Source of the DNA: Haliotis rufescens
Lineage: Eukaryota
Direction of reading: 5' to 3'
Length of the DNA: 64,000 nt
Assembly: GCF_023055435.1 (NCBI RefSeq)
Contig: NW_025964223.1
Span: 13,640,001 to 13,704,000 of the forward strand
The notes under the pieces: model-generated
What the model saw: the letters and a program-made list of their open reading frames with translations, nothing else
Database searches by the model: none
Told to the model about the DNA's origin: nothing
Made by a program: the position numbers and the translations under genes
In this document: positions 26,169 to 38,282 of the stretch, piece after piece
Layout: the number at the start of each line of letters is the position of its first letter
Numbering within the stretch: the stretch's first letter is position 1

Positions 26169-27304
26169 TTCTGCTTCAGTGATAACCGGATATAGCAAAT
26201 CGGTACTTCAAAGCTAATTCATACTGATAAAAGCTAAAAACATATAATTATTTATTAGTGCAGATTATTTTGCGAACACCTGATTTTCAGTGATCCGTTC
26301 ACATAGTGGTCTCCGCTATATGGACTTTTACGCCCAAAGGAATCAGTTTCAATAGATAATCGAGATTGATATTTCTCTGGCGTCGACGTTTTATATTTGC
26401 GTAAAAATATAAACACGCCATCAACACTGTTTCACTAATGCTTCAGTGATAAGTAGACATAGCAAATCGGTACTTCAAAGTTCATTCAGATTTACTTTCG
26501 ATACGTAAAATCTAAAACACGTTATCATTTAATGTTGCATTTGGAAATGTAAAAATATATAAGATAAGATTAGATAATATTTATTGCAGAAAGCATTCCA
26601 TTACTAAACAGATGCAATCTTTAATAAAAATACCATTCATACATACATATATACAGACATACGTACACACATACATACCTGTATACACAAAGAAATCATT
26701 TAAAGGAAATGTAAGTATAATAGATTTGATGATATATATGAACAAACCATCGTCACTGATGTTTATCTTTATTTTGCTCATACCTTTTCCTCTCATTATC
26801 GCAGATTCGCTAAATGACTTGTACATGGTTGTGGACGTAAGGCCGCTTATACCTACCAACACCTTTAACAAAGTCATACGTTGCCTACAGTGTGTAAACA
26901 ACAGAAACTCAGACATGACTACAACCGGTACCAGACATATCTTGTACGACACCTACAAGCAAAGTAGCACAGTCTCTCAGTAAAAGATTGTTTCATGGGA
27001 TGTCGATGTCAATCAAGTGGCCCCCCTTCTCGTCGGTTACACTGGTGCTGTAAATGTCAATCTTCATCCATTTCACCTCACGTGTGGGGACGCACATGTC
27101 TCTGGCAATGAACACCAGTGTCTGGGATAGGGAATGTACTGCTCGTGATGCAAGAGGGGACGTTTAGATGTGCTGAAATACTGTAGGTTCATTATTTGTT
27201 GTAAAACAGATTTGACTTTTGTCTGCTTGCTTTAAAGAAACAGCTTTCAAAAACGAACGTTAGGGAGTAAATGTATGTTGCTTTCGACACAATCCTCACT
27301 ATCC

Positions 27305-27449
27305 NNNNNNNNNNNNNNNNNNNNNNNNNNNNNNNNNNNNNNNNNNNNNNNNNNNNNNNNNNNNNNNNNNNNNNNNNNNNNNNNNNNNNNNNNNNNNNNN
27401 NNNNNNNNNNNNNNNNNNNNNNNNNNNNNNNNNNNNNNNNNNNNNNNNN
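27305..27449. other. Assembly gap (N run) followed by (GA)n microsatellite to ~27520
   Basis: Seen directly. Confidence 0.99.
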
Positions 27450-27849
27450 GCGAGAGCGAGGAAGAGAGAGACAGAGAGATAAAGAGAGAGAGAGAGAGAG
27501 GGAGAGAGAGAGAGAGAGAGATTGGGGAGGTGGGGAAAATGGCGGTAATCAGTCAGGTTACACATTGTGTTCACCTGATCCTTCTTCCTCATTACCTGGA
27601 TCTGACGACATAATTGATACACTCTGGACTTATTCTACCCCGGAACCACCACAGAAGATGTGATATGCTGTGCACTGAAATGTACACGTCCTAGCTATGA
27701 ATATTTAGGAACACATGTCACACACAATCCCAGATAATAATAACTGCCATATTTCACCTAACTGTGTTCACCGACACATTGTAGGATGTTATTGGCATAT
27801 CGTACTATTGTCATCTATTGATGAAAAGATCGTTTAACTTAACCACACA

Positions 27850-28064
27850 CCCGTGTGGATTCATGGTAAGAATAGTTCCCCAGCAACCTATGCTGGTCGC
27901 AAGAGGCAACCACACAGATCGGGTGGTCGGTGACTTCATCAATTGCATGACTGCCATCGTTGCTCACAACATAAATCACTGGATTGTCTGTTCCAGATTC
28001 GATTATTTAAAGGCCGCCTACAGTTGGAATATAGCTGAGTGCGGCGTTAAACAACACACAAACA
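27850..28064 (+). mobile_element. SINE family C, full-length diverged copy
   Basis: ACCCGTG...GGTAAGAATAG...CAGCAACCTATGCTGGTCGCAAGAGGC head through GCGGCGTTAAACAAC tail. Confidence 0.8.
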
Positions 28065-28455
28065 ATCATGCAAGATATGTATATGAAAGTCAATGATGGC
28101 ATACATGTATTATTTTCATAGTATTATTTCATATCATGATATCCTTATAGTCTAAGTTTTTTGTCCGAGCCCAGAGGCCCAGGGTGAGCAGAATGTTTTT
28201 TAACCTCATTAGCGTGATATAGGCGATACGACATCCACCCCACCCAGGGCTATACGTGAACCTTTGATGTTCTTCTATCCAGAGCAGAACAGAGGGCGTC
28301 TTCTCAGTTATAAAACTCGCAGTGGCCACCTTTCTGAAAGATATAGTCACAGTGTGAAACATGTTTTAAAACTGTAATCTATATGTTGTCTACATACAAA
28401 AACATTACTGCACTGCTTTTGCCACATTTCTCAATACTAGTTTTCATATCATACT

Positions 28456-28644
28456 GGGGGGCACGGGTGGCCCAGTCGTCTAAGGCGCCGCGATTCGCTT
28501 TGCAGAGTTGCGTCCCTTGGGCACGCCAGAAACCTATGATTGTGGGTTCGAATCCCGGTTCGCCCCGATTATGTTTCTAGGTTTGACAGCACCATACCCG
28601 TGCTCATGGGTTTCACCGAAGTGGTAAACGTCTGAGACCTGCAT
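28456..28644 (+). mobile_element. SINE family A, 5' part (3'-truncated)
   Basis: Near-identical to 33271-33456; ends at GAGACCTGCAT. Confidence 0.92.
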
Positions 28645-28870
28645 TTGTTTTTCATTAACATTTTGTAAATGAAATATGAGATATTTTTTGCAGAGGGCGG
28701 TGATGGATTTTGTAGTATTTAGTGATATTGGGTGCATGGTTAGGGCGGGCGATGATTTAAGTTCCAGTCTCAGATCTTTGTAGAGAGGGCATTTCAACAG
28801 AAAGCGTTCCTCATCTTCTGTTTCGGTAATATCACAGAAGGTACGTATTCTTTTTGATGATGGTGTCATA
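28645..28870 (-). mobile_element. LINE ORF2 C-terminal remnant (degenerate CCHC-type tail)
   Basis: Minus-strand RIRTFCDITETEDEERFLLKCPLYKDLRLEL resembles the C-x2-C...EDExHFLLxCxxYxxLR motif. DNA homology to 37610-37950. Confidence 0.75.
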
Positions 28871-31279
28871 GTATATCGGGTTCTATTTGTTAATTTACTA
28901 TGTCTTGTAATAATTGTTTTCTGGTTAATTTCCTGAATTCAATGTTCGTTTTAATTCACAAAATAAGAAGCTATGTATCTACGCTTCAGAGCGTTATAAA
29001 AGTATTCTACGGTGTAAGTAGACATTCTGTTTGTTTTTATTCAGTAAGTACTGACTTATCGTCTAAATAGTTGAAGACGGCTTGCTGTAAACATCCCCGT
29101 AAAGACCACCTGTTGCGACTTATCAAATATTCCGCACCACGTTCGTTATATCTTACAACGAGTTTTATACCTCCCTCTGCTGTGTATACATATCAGTAAT
29201 TCAATCACTGTTCGTAATAGTGATCTGTCACATTTCAACTTTTGGCATCTACCCTCAACTCTTGCTTCCTCTATCGGAGATAATTCTACTATCAGATCAT
29301 CGGCACCTGTTCCGTGTTCATATTCTCATAGCCATTCCTAGTTTCAGTAGATTCATAGATTTCACACGGATTGAGAGAGTTTCGTCGTAGCCCATGTCTT
29401 GGTTTACACTGTCGCTTGTAGTATATATTACATGCCGTTCTAACAAAAAGATGCAATAGTTTGCATATCTGTGTTGTAAAACTCAAAACACCTTATTAGA
29501 TGGACGCTATTTTTTATAGTTTTGATTGATGCTTTTTAAAACGCCGTAACATTTAGGTTTGTATTTATCTACAAAATGTGGCGTGTCATTTGAACAATTT
29601 GTAGTGTTTGGGAGGAACTTCTCAGTGAAGTATTTTTTTTGTCTTTTGTTTACGAAGCGCACGTGGAAACCTACATTTAGTACTACCCTGTTTAATAGAA
29701 TTTCGTGAGGTTACCACTTCACTAACACACAGGACTGACACGATTCAGCTTACAGAGCAGACATGCTTACCTGGTGCCATCACTGATTTTCAGTGATCCA
29801 TTCATATAAGTTTCACCGCAAGTTCGACTTTTACCCACAATTGAATCTGTTTCAGCAGATAGTCTGGCGTTAACGTTATGTGTTTACATATATTTTCATT
29901 TACAAAATGTACATGCAAAGAAAATCTGCTTCTCCTCACTGGACCTCCAAATAGGTCTTGAAAACATTCTTACTTTAAGGGTGTCAATATTTAGTCGGAA
30001 TGTCTACTCTATTGCCTCTGTTCCGCTGTGCTATTTTTTTTGCAATAAATATATGTAATCTTATCTTACACTTCTTTTCTGTTATAAATCGTTTTAAGTT
30101 TTTTTCACACTCAGCGTTGATCGATCAGCATTTTTGATTGATTCGTTGTGTGTAAAGTTTATATTCTCAAAAAAGGTACATTTGTACAATAAATTCTGTT
30201 CTGTTCTCTGATGCAAAGTTTCTGAATTGAAAACAAATGTGCGAAACAGTTACAATACAAACACCGATTCCCAGATCGTCACGTAAACTATCACCAAAGT
30301 TCTGTACATCTAGCACCACATACATGTAATAAATCCGTCAGCCACATTTCTTACGTAACCTCCCCGTTAATATCCGCGAAAACGGCCGTTGTTAAAATAT
30401 CGACACTACAAACTCACACAACGTAAATACCACAATAACGCCGCTGCGTAACTCTACGCCGGGTCTTGGGGCAAGCTGTCATCCAAAGACGGGAAGTATG
30501 CAGTAGGAGTTATGTCCCTTACACAGCGTTTTCGTTGTAGGCATCCAGGGTAAACATTGTTGGGATTGTTGTCGATTGTCTTCCGATACAATAGCTCTCA
30601 GAACCACAGGAAAGCATAGCGAACATAACCACTGACATGGCCTGATTTTTATACATGATTAGGGAGATATCTTTGGAATGGCATTTGCGACAATACGGTA
30701 CCATAATTATCAGCCATCATGAAAATGGATTCGTATCTTGATATGAATTTTAAACGAATATTGCAATAAGGCTCCATACGAGCAGTTTTACGTTGTCGGT
30801 AGACAAATAGAAGCATGCTTGAGTGGAGTCTTGGAATGAAGTCGACATATGACTGAATGTTGCATTGAGCTCCAGAAACAATATTTCATATACTATATGG
30901 CAAATAATATCACGGCAAATAATTGTTGGCCAGGCAAACCATTAGATACACAAAATCAGCCAGGTTAAACGTTTTAACCAACCGATGCTATTTCTAACGA
31001 CAAAACATAGATTCTGGGGAACATTTTCTGACCCGGACAACCTACAGGGGTCTCGTAGTATATCGGAGGAGTAAGATCAGAGCCATAAGAGATTAAAAAT
31101 ATACCATTTTCTATAAGATACATTGTTGTCCTTTCGTGGTAGGTTTAGTTATTAGGATACTGTTTTCTGGATGGTCGGCATATTCTAGGGATTACCATTT
31201 TGCGACCTTGGTGTGTAGTCCAGGTCAAAGACTTCTCGCCCTCCGCACAACTGTTGCCGTCATAACGAGTTTACAAGTA

Positions 31280-31441
31280 CAGTAAACTACGGTTATAACG
31301 AACTCAAAGGGTTCGTAATAACCGTATTTCGTTATAAGCATATATACAGCATAACTACAGCAGATAGTCGGGACCAAAAAAGTAAGTTCGTTATATCCGT
31401 CAGTTCGTTATAAGCGTGTTCGTTATAACCGTTGTTTACTG
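31280..31441. mobile_element. Tc1/mariner(pogo)-type MITE
   Basis: TIR CAGTAAACTACGGTTATAACGAAC with TA on both sides; homologous to the copies at 45459 and 46040 (opposite orientation). Confidence 0.9.
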
Positions 31442-31774
31442 TATTAATGAGTACATGGTTCTGTGAATTTATAACTCCACTGTGTCTGATTGTTCTCGCG
31501 TGACAGATACAGGTGTGATGTTTTGAGTGACATCGCATGACTCCACTTCAAACCCGGCCATGGTGTTCCAAATTTGGAAACTGATTGAACTACTATCACC
31601 AATGGCAAGTTTGTTTTCCTAGCCTTCTGTCCCTTCATCTGAAAACACAATAGCTTACCATTTCTATCTTGACGATCCCACAATTGCTATATGCCACAGG
31701 ATTCTTAACAGGATTCTTAACCTACTTGTGTCTGACATTTTCTTGCAGACCATGAACGGATTGTTGGGAGAAAA

Positions 31775-31988
31775 GGATTAGAAGAATAAGACGAATAAGA
31801 AGGAGGAGAAGAAGAAGGGGAGAAGAAGGAGATGAAGGAGGAGAAGAAGAAGAGCGTGAAGAAGGGGAGAAGGAGGAGGAGAAGATGATGAAGAAGGGAG
31901 AAGGAGAATGAGAAGAAGGAGGAGGAGAAGAAGATGAAGTAGGGGAGGAGAATGAGAAGATGAAGGAGGAGGAGGAGAAGAAGAAGAT
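31775..31988. repeat. Polypurine (GAA/GGA)-rich low-complexity tract
   Basis: Seen directly. Confidence 0.9.
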
Positions 31989-33270
31989 ATATTGTACGAG
32001 TCTCCCACTTGGGGCGGAGGACAAACATTACAATATACTTAGGAAAATACAGTAACAACATCTATGTAACATTGTAACATATAAATCGGAATGATACCAA
32101 AAAGATTACGCGTAAATGAATTATTAAGCTAAACGAGAAAGTATGCATAAATATCAGAGCTGAATAAAAATGCATGCACAACAAGGCTCCGACTATCATG
32201 TAGTGGTGTTGATTTCTGAATTGACTCCTGACGAGTCTTTTGTTGGTTCTATGTTAGCCACATATGTTAGCGGTAAATACGAAACAACGGCCCTGATTCT
32301 ACAACGACAGCTGCATATGTCAATTTCCTCTAAAGCTGGCATAAATATATACTGTCTTTTTTACGGGTTTGAGAAAACGCCTTCTATCCGATCATAATCT
32401 CACCAAACGGTCAGAGAATAATTGGGAAATTTGCAGTTCGGAGCCTCGGCTGTGATCGGTTATCTCCGGAACTTCCGTTAAGCTGACTGTTTATGTCCCC
32501 TCATTCAAGGTTATCTTGACACGTCGACGAATGATTTATTTGGTCAGTTGGGCCCGACCCTTCTTAATTTTTCTCCCCAGTCCCCAGTCGCTAGCTGTCA
32601 TGTTAACCCTCCCCGGGGACTGAGGGGAGGGCGGAGGAGGCAGCTCTCTTGGGGGTCGGGATAAGGTGGGAAACCAGGAGGTGATAACTGGGAGTGGCAA
32701 ATGAGTCACTCGAACCGTGAAATCGTCATGTTTGTCACGTGACCCCAAACGCCAGATTGTCGACACGTTTTGTTTGAAGTGGCATGTTTGAAGAAATATA
32801 ACAGGGGGTGGTTTATGTTTTTGAAAATATCTATTAAAATGTAGATGGTTATCATGCGAAATCTGAAATAGATCTATTGGGAATTGTGAGTTAACGGATC
32901 GGTTACAGTCGAACGGGAAAGTAAATATATTGAAAGCTGCTATTTCAATCTTGAAAGTTATCTTCAAATTAGAAAATGGACAGCCTGTCAGTCAACCTAA
33001 AACAGTGACATGGGTATTCTGATATACAGAGTAAGAAATGGAGTTGACAGCATGCTTAATGAAACACTTCCAAAAAACAACAACACCCATTTTACGCTAT
33101 ATTTCAAAACGTAGTTCATAGTACGTACAGACTGATTTAAAAAAATCGTTTGATAAGTTTTTGTTTCGGTTTGCAGATGTGACTGACAGAATTAATGTTT
33201 TTAGTTTATTACGCCAGGCCATTCTATGTATGTATTTATGTATATATCACAGTTTATTTGGTTCTGAGCC

Positions 33271-33544
33271 GGGGGCACGGGTGGCCCAGTCGTCTAAGGC
33301 GCCGCGATTCGCTGTGCAGAGTTGCGTCCCTTGGGAAGCCAGAAACCTATGATTGTGGGTTCGAATCCCGGTTCGCCCCGATTATGTTTCTAGGTTTGTC
33401 AGCACCATACCCGTGCTCGTGGGTTTCACCGAAGTGGTAAACGTCTGAGACCTGCATCACTTCGAGCTTTCCTCCCACATTAAGCTGACACGCCGCGATA
33501 TAACTGGAATACTGTTTAAAGCGACGTTGAACCCAACTCACGCA
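33271..33544 (+). mobile_element. SINE family A, full length
   Basis: GGGGGCACGGGTGGCCCAGTCGTCTAAGGCGCC (tRNA-Leu/Ser-like A box) and GTGGGTTCGAATCCC (B box); 12-bp TSD TGGTTCTGAGCC (33259-70 and 33545-56). Confidence 0.95.
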
Positions 33545-33590
33545 TGGTTCTGAGCCAATTTATGAACATAAATTGGTTATAAAATAGTTG

Positions 33591-33824
33591 GTTGTTGTTT
33601 ATTTTTGTTCAACGCCGCATACAGCAATATTGCAGTTATATGACCGCGGTCTGTAAATAATCGAGTCTGGACAAGACAATCCAGTGATTGACATCATGAG
33701 CATCGATGGACGCAATTGGGATACGATGACATGCATCAAGCAAGTCAGCGAGCCTGACCACCGGATCCCGTTACGGCAAGCATGGGTTACTGAAGATATA
33801 TCCTCTTCCCGGATCTTCTCGGGA
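33591..33824 (-). mobile_element. SINE family C, near full length, tail-to-tail with SINE A
   Basis: Reverse complement begins TCCCGAGAAGATCCGGGAAGAGGATATATCTTCAGTAACCCATGCTTGCCGTAA and ends in the shared tail. Confidence 0.88.
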
Positions 33825-34214
33825 TAATTAGGAAAAGACACATGTTTTTTCAACATACTATTAAGAATATAAAGGTATCCAACTTTGCTTGAATATTTTG
33901 ATACGCTAGAGCGTTTTGGACCCAAAGAACTAATGGTTATGTAGAGACGAAGAAATAGACGACCTCGGGCTCTTTTTATATAACTTTATCTGTCACCAGT
34001 CATACCTGTGTTGTGGGTTGCGTGGTAAGGTGACATACCAGTTAGGTTGGTCTTGCCAAGAACAAAGTCTTGTAAAACGTTATTCTTGTAAAACAACATA
34101 AAATATTCGCAGTGTTTAAAACTAATGTGCAACATCTTCACGGCATATAGCTTGTATCATCAAAATGAATTTAATCGTTTTATTTACACTGACATTTGGC
34201 TTGTTTTCTAAATG

Positions 34215-34470
34215 TAACTTTCAACATTTGTACGCGCAAGTTTCGTTTCAATTGATGCAATATTCCAAACTGATATATGAATCTGCCGTGTTTGTGTAAG
34301 AGTACACTTCGAATTCTTGCCTTGCCTTTGCATGTGTTTGTGACGGATTCCACCGGTCAGGTAGGATGGAATTACCTTCGGGAACACTGGCATCAACACT
34401 CATTGACATTGATTCATTACATATGCCTATGATTCAGTCGGAATCGTACAATGGACTAAAAGAAGATTTT
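34215..34470 (-). repeat. Unclassified dispersed repeat (family E)
   Basis: GTCGGAATCGTACAA and CTTGCCTTTGCATGTGTTTGTGACGG are reverse complements of motifs at 44560-44800. Partial copies at ~45395, ~58640 and ~59272. Confidence 0.6.
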
Positions 34471-35910
34471 ATATTATTATTGAAATGGTTTTGTCGATTT
34501 TATTCATCTGCTTGTGATGCGTTATATAACTGCATTGTATGATTATAAGCTTTATCAGAGATTTTTGTTCACCACGGCCACTGCTCCTTATACATTATAT
34601 ATAGATGTCCTACATTAAGCAAAGCCCAACAGTCCAATAAATCTCCACAAGTACTCGACACCACAAGAAAACACCATCAATGTCTGTTATCGGCGTGAAT
34701 CTAGAGATCGGAAACTAGTAAAACATATGCTTGTTAAACTCATATAACAGACGATCGTCTGATTTGATCTTTACTTGCGAAACGTTTAACACTTTCACTG
34801 CTTTTTTTTCTTTTCTCCAGCGTCTTTGATCAAGTGTAACAAACGAAACGGGAGAAAAATTAGGTGTTCAGTTTTCCGTGACAAACGTTTTGATGTGGGT
34901 AACACACAAGCAATGTGACCTACCCGCCTGTCTTCGTGCCATCAACGCGGAATTAAAACAGCAGGTTTACTCCTTGGAGGATCCGTATCATTTCCTTTTA
35001 TAAACACGCCTTGAAACAATAAGGTGGACGTTCTCATGGGACAAGAAACATACAATATCTTCGTTATAACGCTCCATATTCCTATTCGTGTCAATTCGAG
35101 GTAAGCTCAACAAACGTTACGTTCAACTGTTTATTACATGTGAAATGTATTAGTCATAACGTGTTGTTAAACAAAAATGTATGCAAAGAGAACAAAGTGC
35201 GTTATAACGAGGGGTTATTATAATGGTTGGCAACAGCTGATGGGAAAGCAATCAGCGGTGTTCATGTCACCGCCGTGACACTTGTCGCCGTCGGATGGTC
35301 GCCATGTTGTCGCGGACGTTGATGGACAGCGTCACGTGATACCGTCAAGACTCCCTCAGTTGGACGTCGATCCCAGCCGGGTCATCTTTCCAAGGTCACC
35401 TAATTCTCATCGCTTCGGGGCGATTAACGTGAAAAAACATTCGCCATATAGTATACGTATTAGTATATAAGTGGTTACACATTGAGAAAGCTAAATGTTC
35501 CTTAAACGTGGAACCATTTCTCTGATGGTAAATCCTGATATTCATTGTTCCACTGACTTCACTGTACCAAAAGCAGTCAAGAAAGAAATATGCTCTTTGG
35601 AAAATTATCCACACAAAATGTATATGTCCATAAATGACAAGAAATATTTCACTATTCTCTCAAATAATGAAACCATCGACATCATTTACATGATTTTATA
35701 TTTTTACGTTCAAGCAATAAACAATCATTGGTCCTAACCTATGACATTTTATGTATAATATCATCAGATGGGTAATACAGTCAAACACCGTGGTGTCGAA
35801 GTCTGTCTGTCTGTCTGTACGCTCTATCCACTCCACCTCCAAGGCGATACCTCGAGCTGGTGAAGAGTTCGGTGCATCAATAATGAGGGCTGTCGCAAGA
35901 CACCCACAAG

Positions 35911-36095
35911 NNNNNNNNNNNNNNNNNNNNNNNNNNNNNNNNNNNNNNNNNNNNNNNNNNNNNNNNNNNNNNNNNNNNNNNNNNNNNNNNNNNNNNNNNN
36001 NNNNNNNNNNNNNNNNNNNNNNNNNNNNNNNNNNNNNNNNNNNNNNNNNNNNNNNNNNNNNNNNNNNNNNNNNNNNNNNNNNNNNNNNNNNNNNN
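35911..36095. other. Assembly gap (N run)
   Basis: Seen directly. Confidence 0.99.
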
Positions 36096-37201
36096 AACAC
36101 CCACAGGGGGCAGGGTTCAAAACATGAACATGACTAATTAAAACATTGGCATACAAAACAGAATACAAATATTGCTATGATTATATTGTAAGGGTCATAT
36201 GCGTCATGTTAATGAAAGTCAATGCTATCATATATTTATAAAATAACACACTGTATTAGTATTTTGAGTGTGAAGTGGAGGCGTATAATTTTATATCTCA
36301 CGTCATCACCAGTGTGTGTTTCAACCGTGAGATAAAATGAGTCGCGAATGAAGAACTCTGGATCGCCTTTGATTCTTTGAAGTGATCAAAGATGGTACAT
36401 GCTTAGAACTGCAGTGTCATGAAATTAACCAAACTGCATTCACGCCCAACGACGTCAAATACCAATTTGATCAGTTTCGTCTTCTTACCCAACACGCTAA
36501 TTGGCCAAAGGCCAAAGAGCAACGTCATGGGAAGGAAACCTACAGTGTCACTATTAATAAAGTTTGTCCAACTTGACGGCGCATAGACAAGCTCTATGGC
36601 TAAATAAACAAGCATCCCTCTTGTTATCCAGGCTCGGATTACGGTGTCAATAGCGCTAATAACAACCTAGTGACCAGATACATTTCAAGTTGGTTGGTCA
36701 GGGCACGGTCACTTGTGACGAAGGACCGCGGTTTAACTAGAGATGAGAGATAGGCATTTGGTACAAGAACCTTGAGGTGAAGCTTCAAGCCATGTAGCTT
36801 TTGATGGATTGGCTGGGACGGTTCCTTTGTTTACGAACGCATGCCATCCAGTGCAATGCAAGGTAAAACAAACTAAACGTGAATGAAAAAGTAAAGGATT
36901 GTTAGAAAAACCAACACATACATCAGTTTCGTCAACTGTTCTGTATGATTTGTGGTGCAAGTGTTACAAAATATGTCCGTGTTTCTTTATCTCTGTGGTC
37001 TTGAAACATAATTTCTTTCAATACATGAATCGGTGATAAACGCTGTTTCAGTTAACGCCAAACACATACCTAAGTTAATTAGGACAGAAGCGATGTACAT
37101 ATACTATGTTATTTACATTACAGATGTGTAGATGTACTCGGTTTGACACTGTCATGTCATGTCATGTCAATACCACTCTTGATTAATATCAATCACAGTT
37201 G

Positions 37202-37426
37202 ACCCTCGTGAGGTTCCGCGGAGAAAAGGTCCCAATATTTGTTGTGAGCGGCGATCGGATGGTCAGGCTCGATGACGTGGTGCTTGCGTGTCATCGACCC
37301 CAACGGCTTGGCACATTGTTCATAACACCAATCACTGGTTCGTCTGATCCAGATTTGATTACTTACAGACCGGAATCATATAGCTGTAATATTGTCGAGT
37401 GCGGTTTTAAACAACAAACAAAGCAA
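37202..37426 (+). mobile_element. SINE family C, highly diverged copy
   Basis: GATCGGATGGTCAGGCTCG...ATCACTGG...TACAGACCG...CATATAGCTG...GAGTGCGG...AAACAACAAAC. Confidence 0.75.
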
Positions 37427-37444
37427 TCATAAAAGGTCATTTCC

Positions 37445-37950
37445 ACTCAATCTATAGAACATTTATTGTACATAAACACCCACAGGGGGCAGAGTACAAA
37501 ACATAAACATGGCTAGTTATAAGGAAAAGTAAAAAACGTTGACATAAACAATGGAATACAAATATTGCTATGATTAAGGTCCAGAGAGGACATGCAGATT
37601 TTCTTTACTTGAACATTTTGTAAATGAAATAGGAGATAATTTTAGTCTGTCTTACAGACCCTGATACAAATATATATCAAATACAGCCCATGCAAGTCTA
37701 TAATGTTTGGCAAGTCTAGATTACTGCAGTATCTGAAAATGAAGAGAGTCACTGGGCTCCCTTTTATTATATTTTTATTAAGATAACTGAACAACTGTTT
37801 TTTCTGTACGATATGTTCATTTCAGAGACTAGATGTTAGTCTAGAGATAATTTATGCAAAGGGCTCTGGTGGATTTAGTAGTATTTTCAGTGATTTAGGG
37901 TGCATAGCTGAGACGGGTGATGAATTTAGTTCCAGTCTCAGATCTTTGTT
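37445..37950 (-). mobile_element. LINE 3' end (ORF2 C-terminus plus 3' UTR) interrupted by a MITE
   Basis: Homology to 28645-28780 on both sides of the insertion. 3' UTR motif AACACCCACAGGGGGCAG and TTTATT (AATAAA on minus); 3' UTR also matches 36096-36183. Confidence 0.75.
37643..37843. mobile_element. Non-autonomous DNA transposon with TAG...CTA termini and 10-bp TSD (AcademH-like)
   Basis: Starts TAGTCT, ends AGACTAGATGTTAGTCTA; TSD GAGATAATTT (37633-42 and 37844-53). The homologous LINE at 28645 lacks the insert. Confidence 0.85.
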
Positions 37951-37962
37951 ATGTACAGAATA

Positions 37963-38154
37963 GTTCGAATCCCGGTTCGCCCCGATTATGTTTCTAGGTT
38001 TGTCAGCACCATACCCGTGCTCGTGGGTTTCACCGAAGTGGTAAACGTCTGAGACCTGCATCACTTCGGGCTTTCCTCCCACATTAAGCTGACACGCCGT
38101 GATATAACTGGAATAATGTTAAAAGCGGCGTTAAACTCAACTCACTCACTCACT
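37963..38154 (+). mobile_element. SINE family A, 5'-truncated at the B box
   Basis: Near-identical to 33358-33542; (ACTC)n tail. Confidence 0.92.
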
Positions 38155-38196
38155 ATGAACAGAATATGTTGTTGACATGTCTTCTTGGACACATTA

Positions 38197-38282
38197 GACA
38201 CAGACACACACACACACACACACACACACATGCACACACACACGCACACACTACCACACACAGACACATATATATATATATA
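38197..38282. repeat. (CA)n/(TA)n compound microsatellite
   Basis: Seen directly. Confidence 0.9.

Noticed and set aside
29765-29775. U1 snRNA-like CTTACCTGG
   Set aside because: Only 9 nt match; the downstream sequence belongs to a SINE D-related repeat.
33271-33375. tRNA gene candidates (also 28456, 46726, 24039)
   Set aside because: A/B boxes are present but there is no proper cloverleaf; they continue into SINE bodies, several with TSDs.
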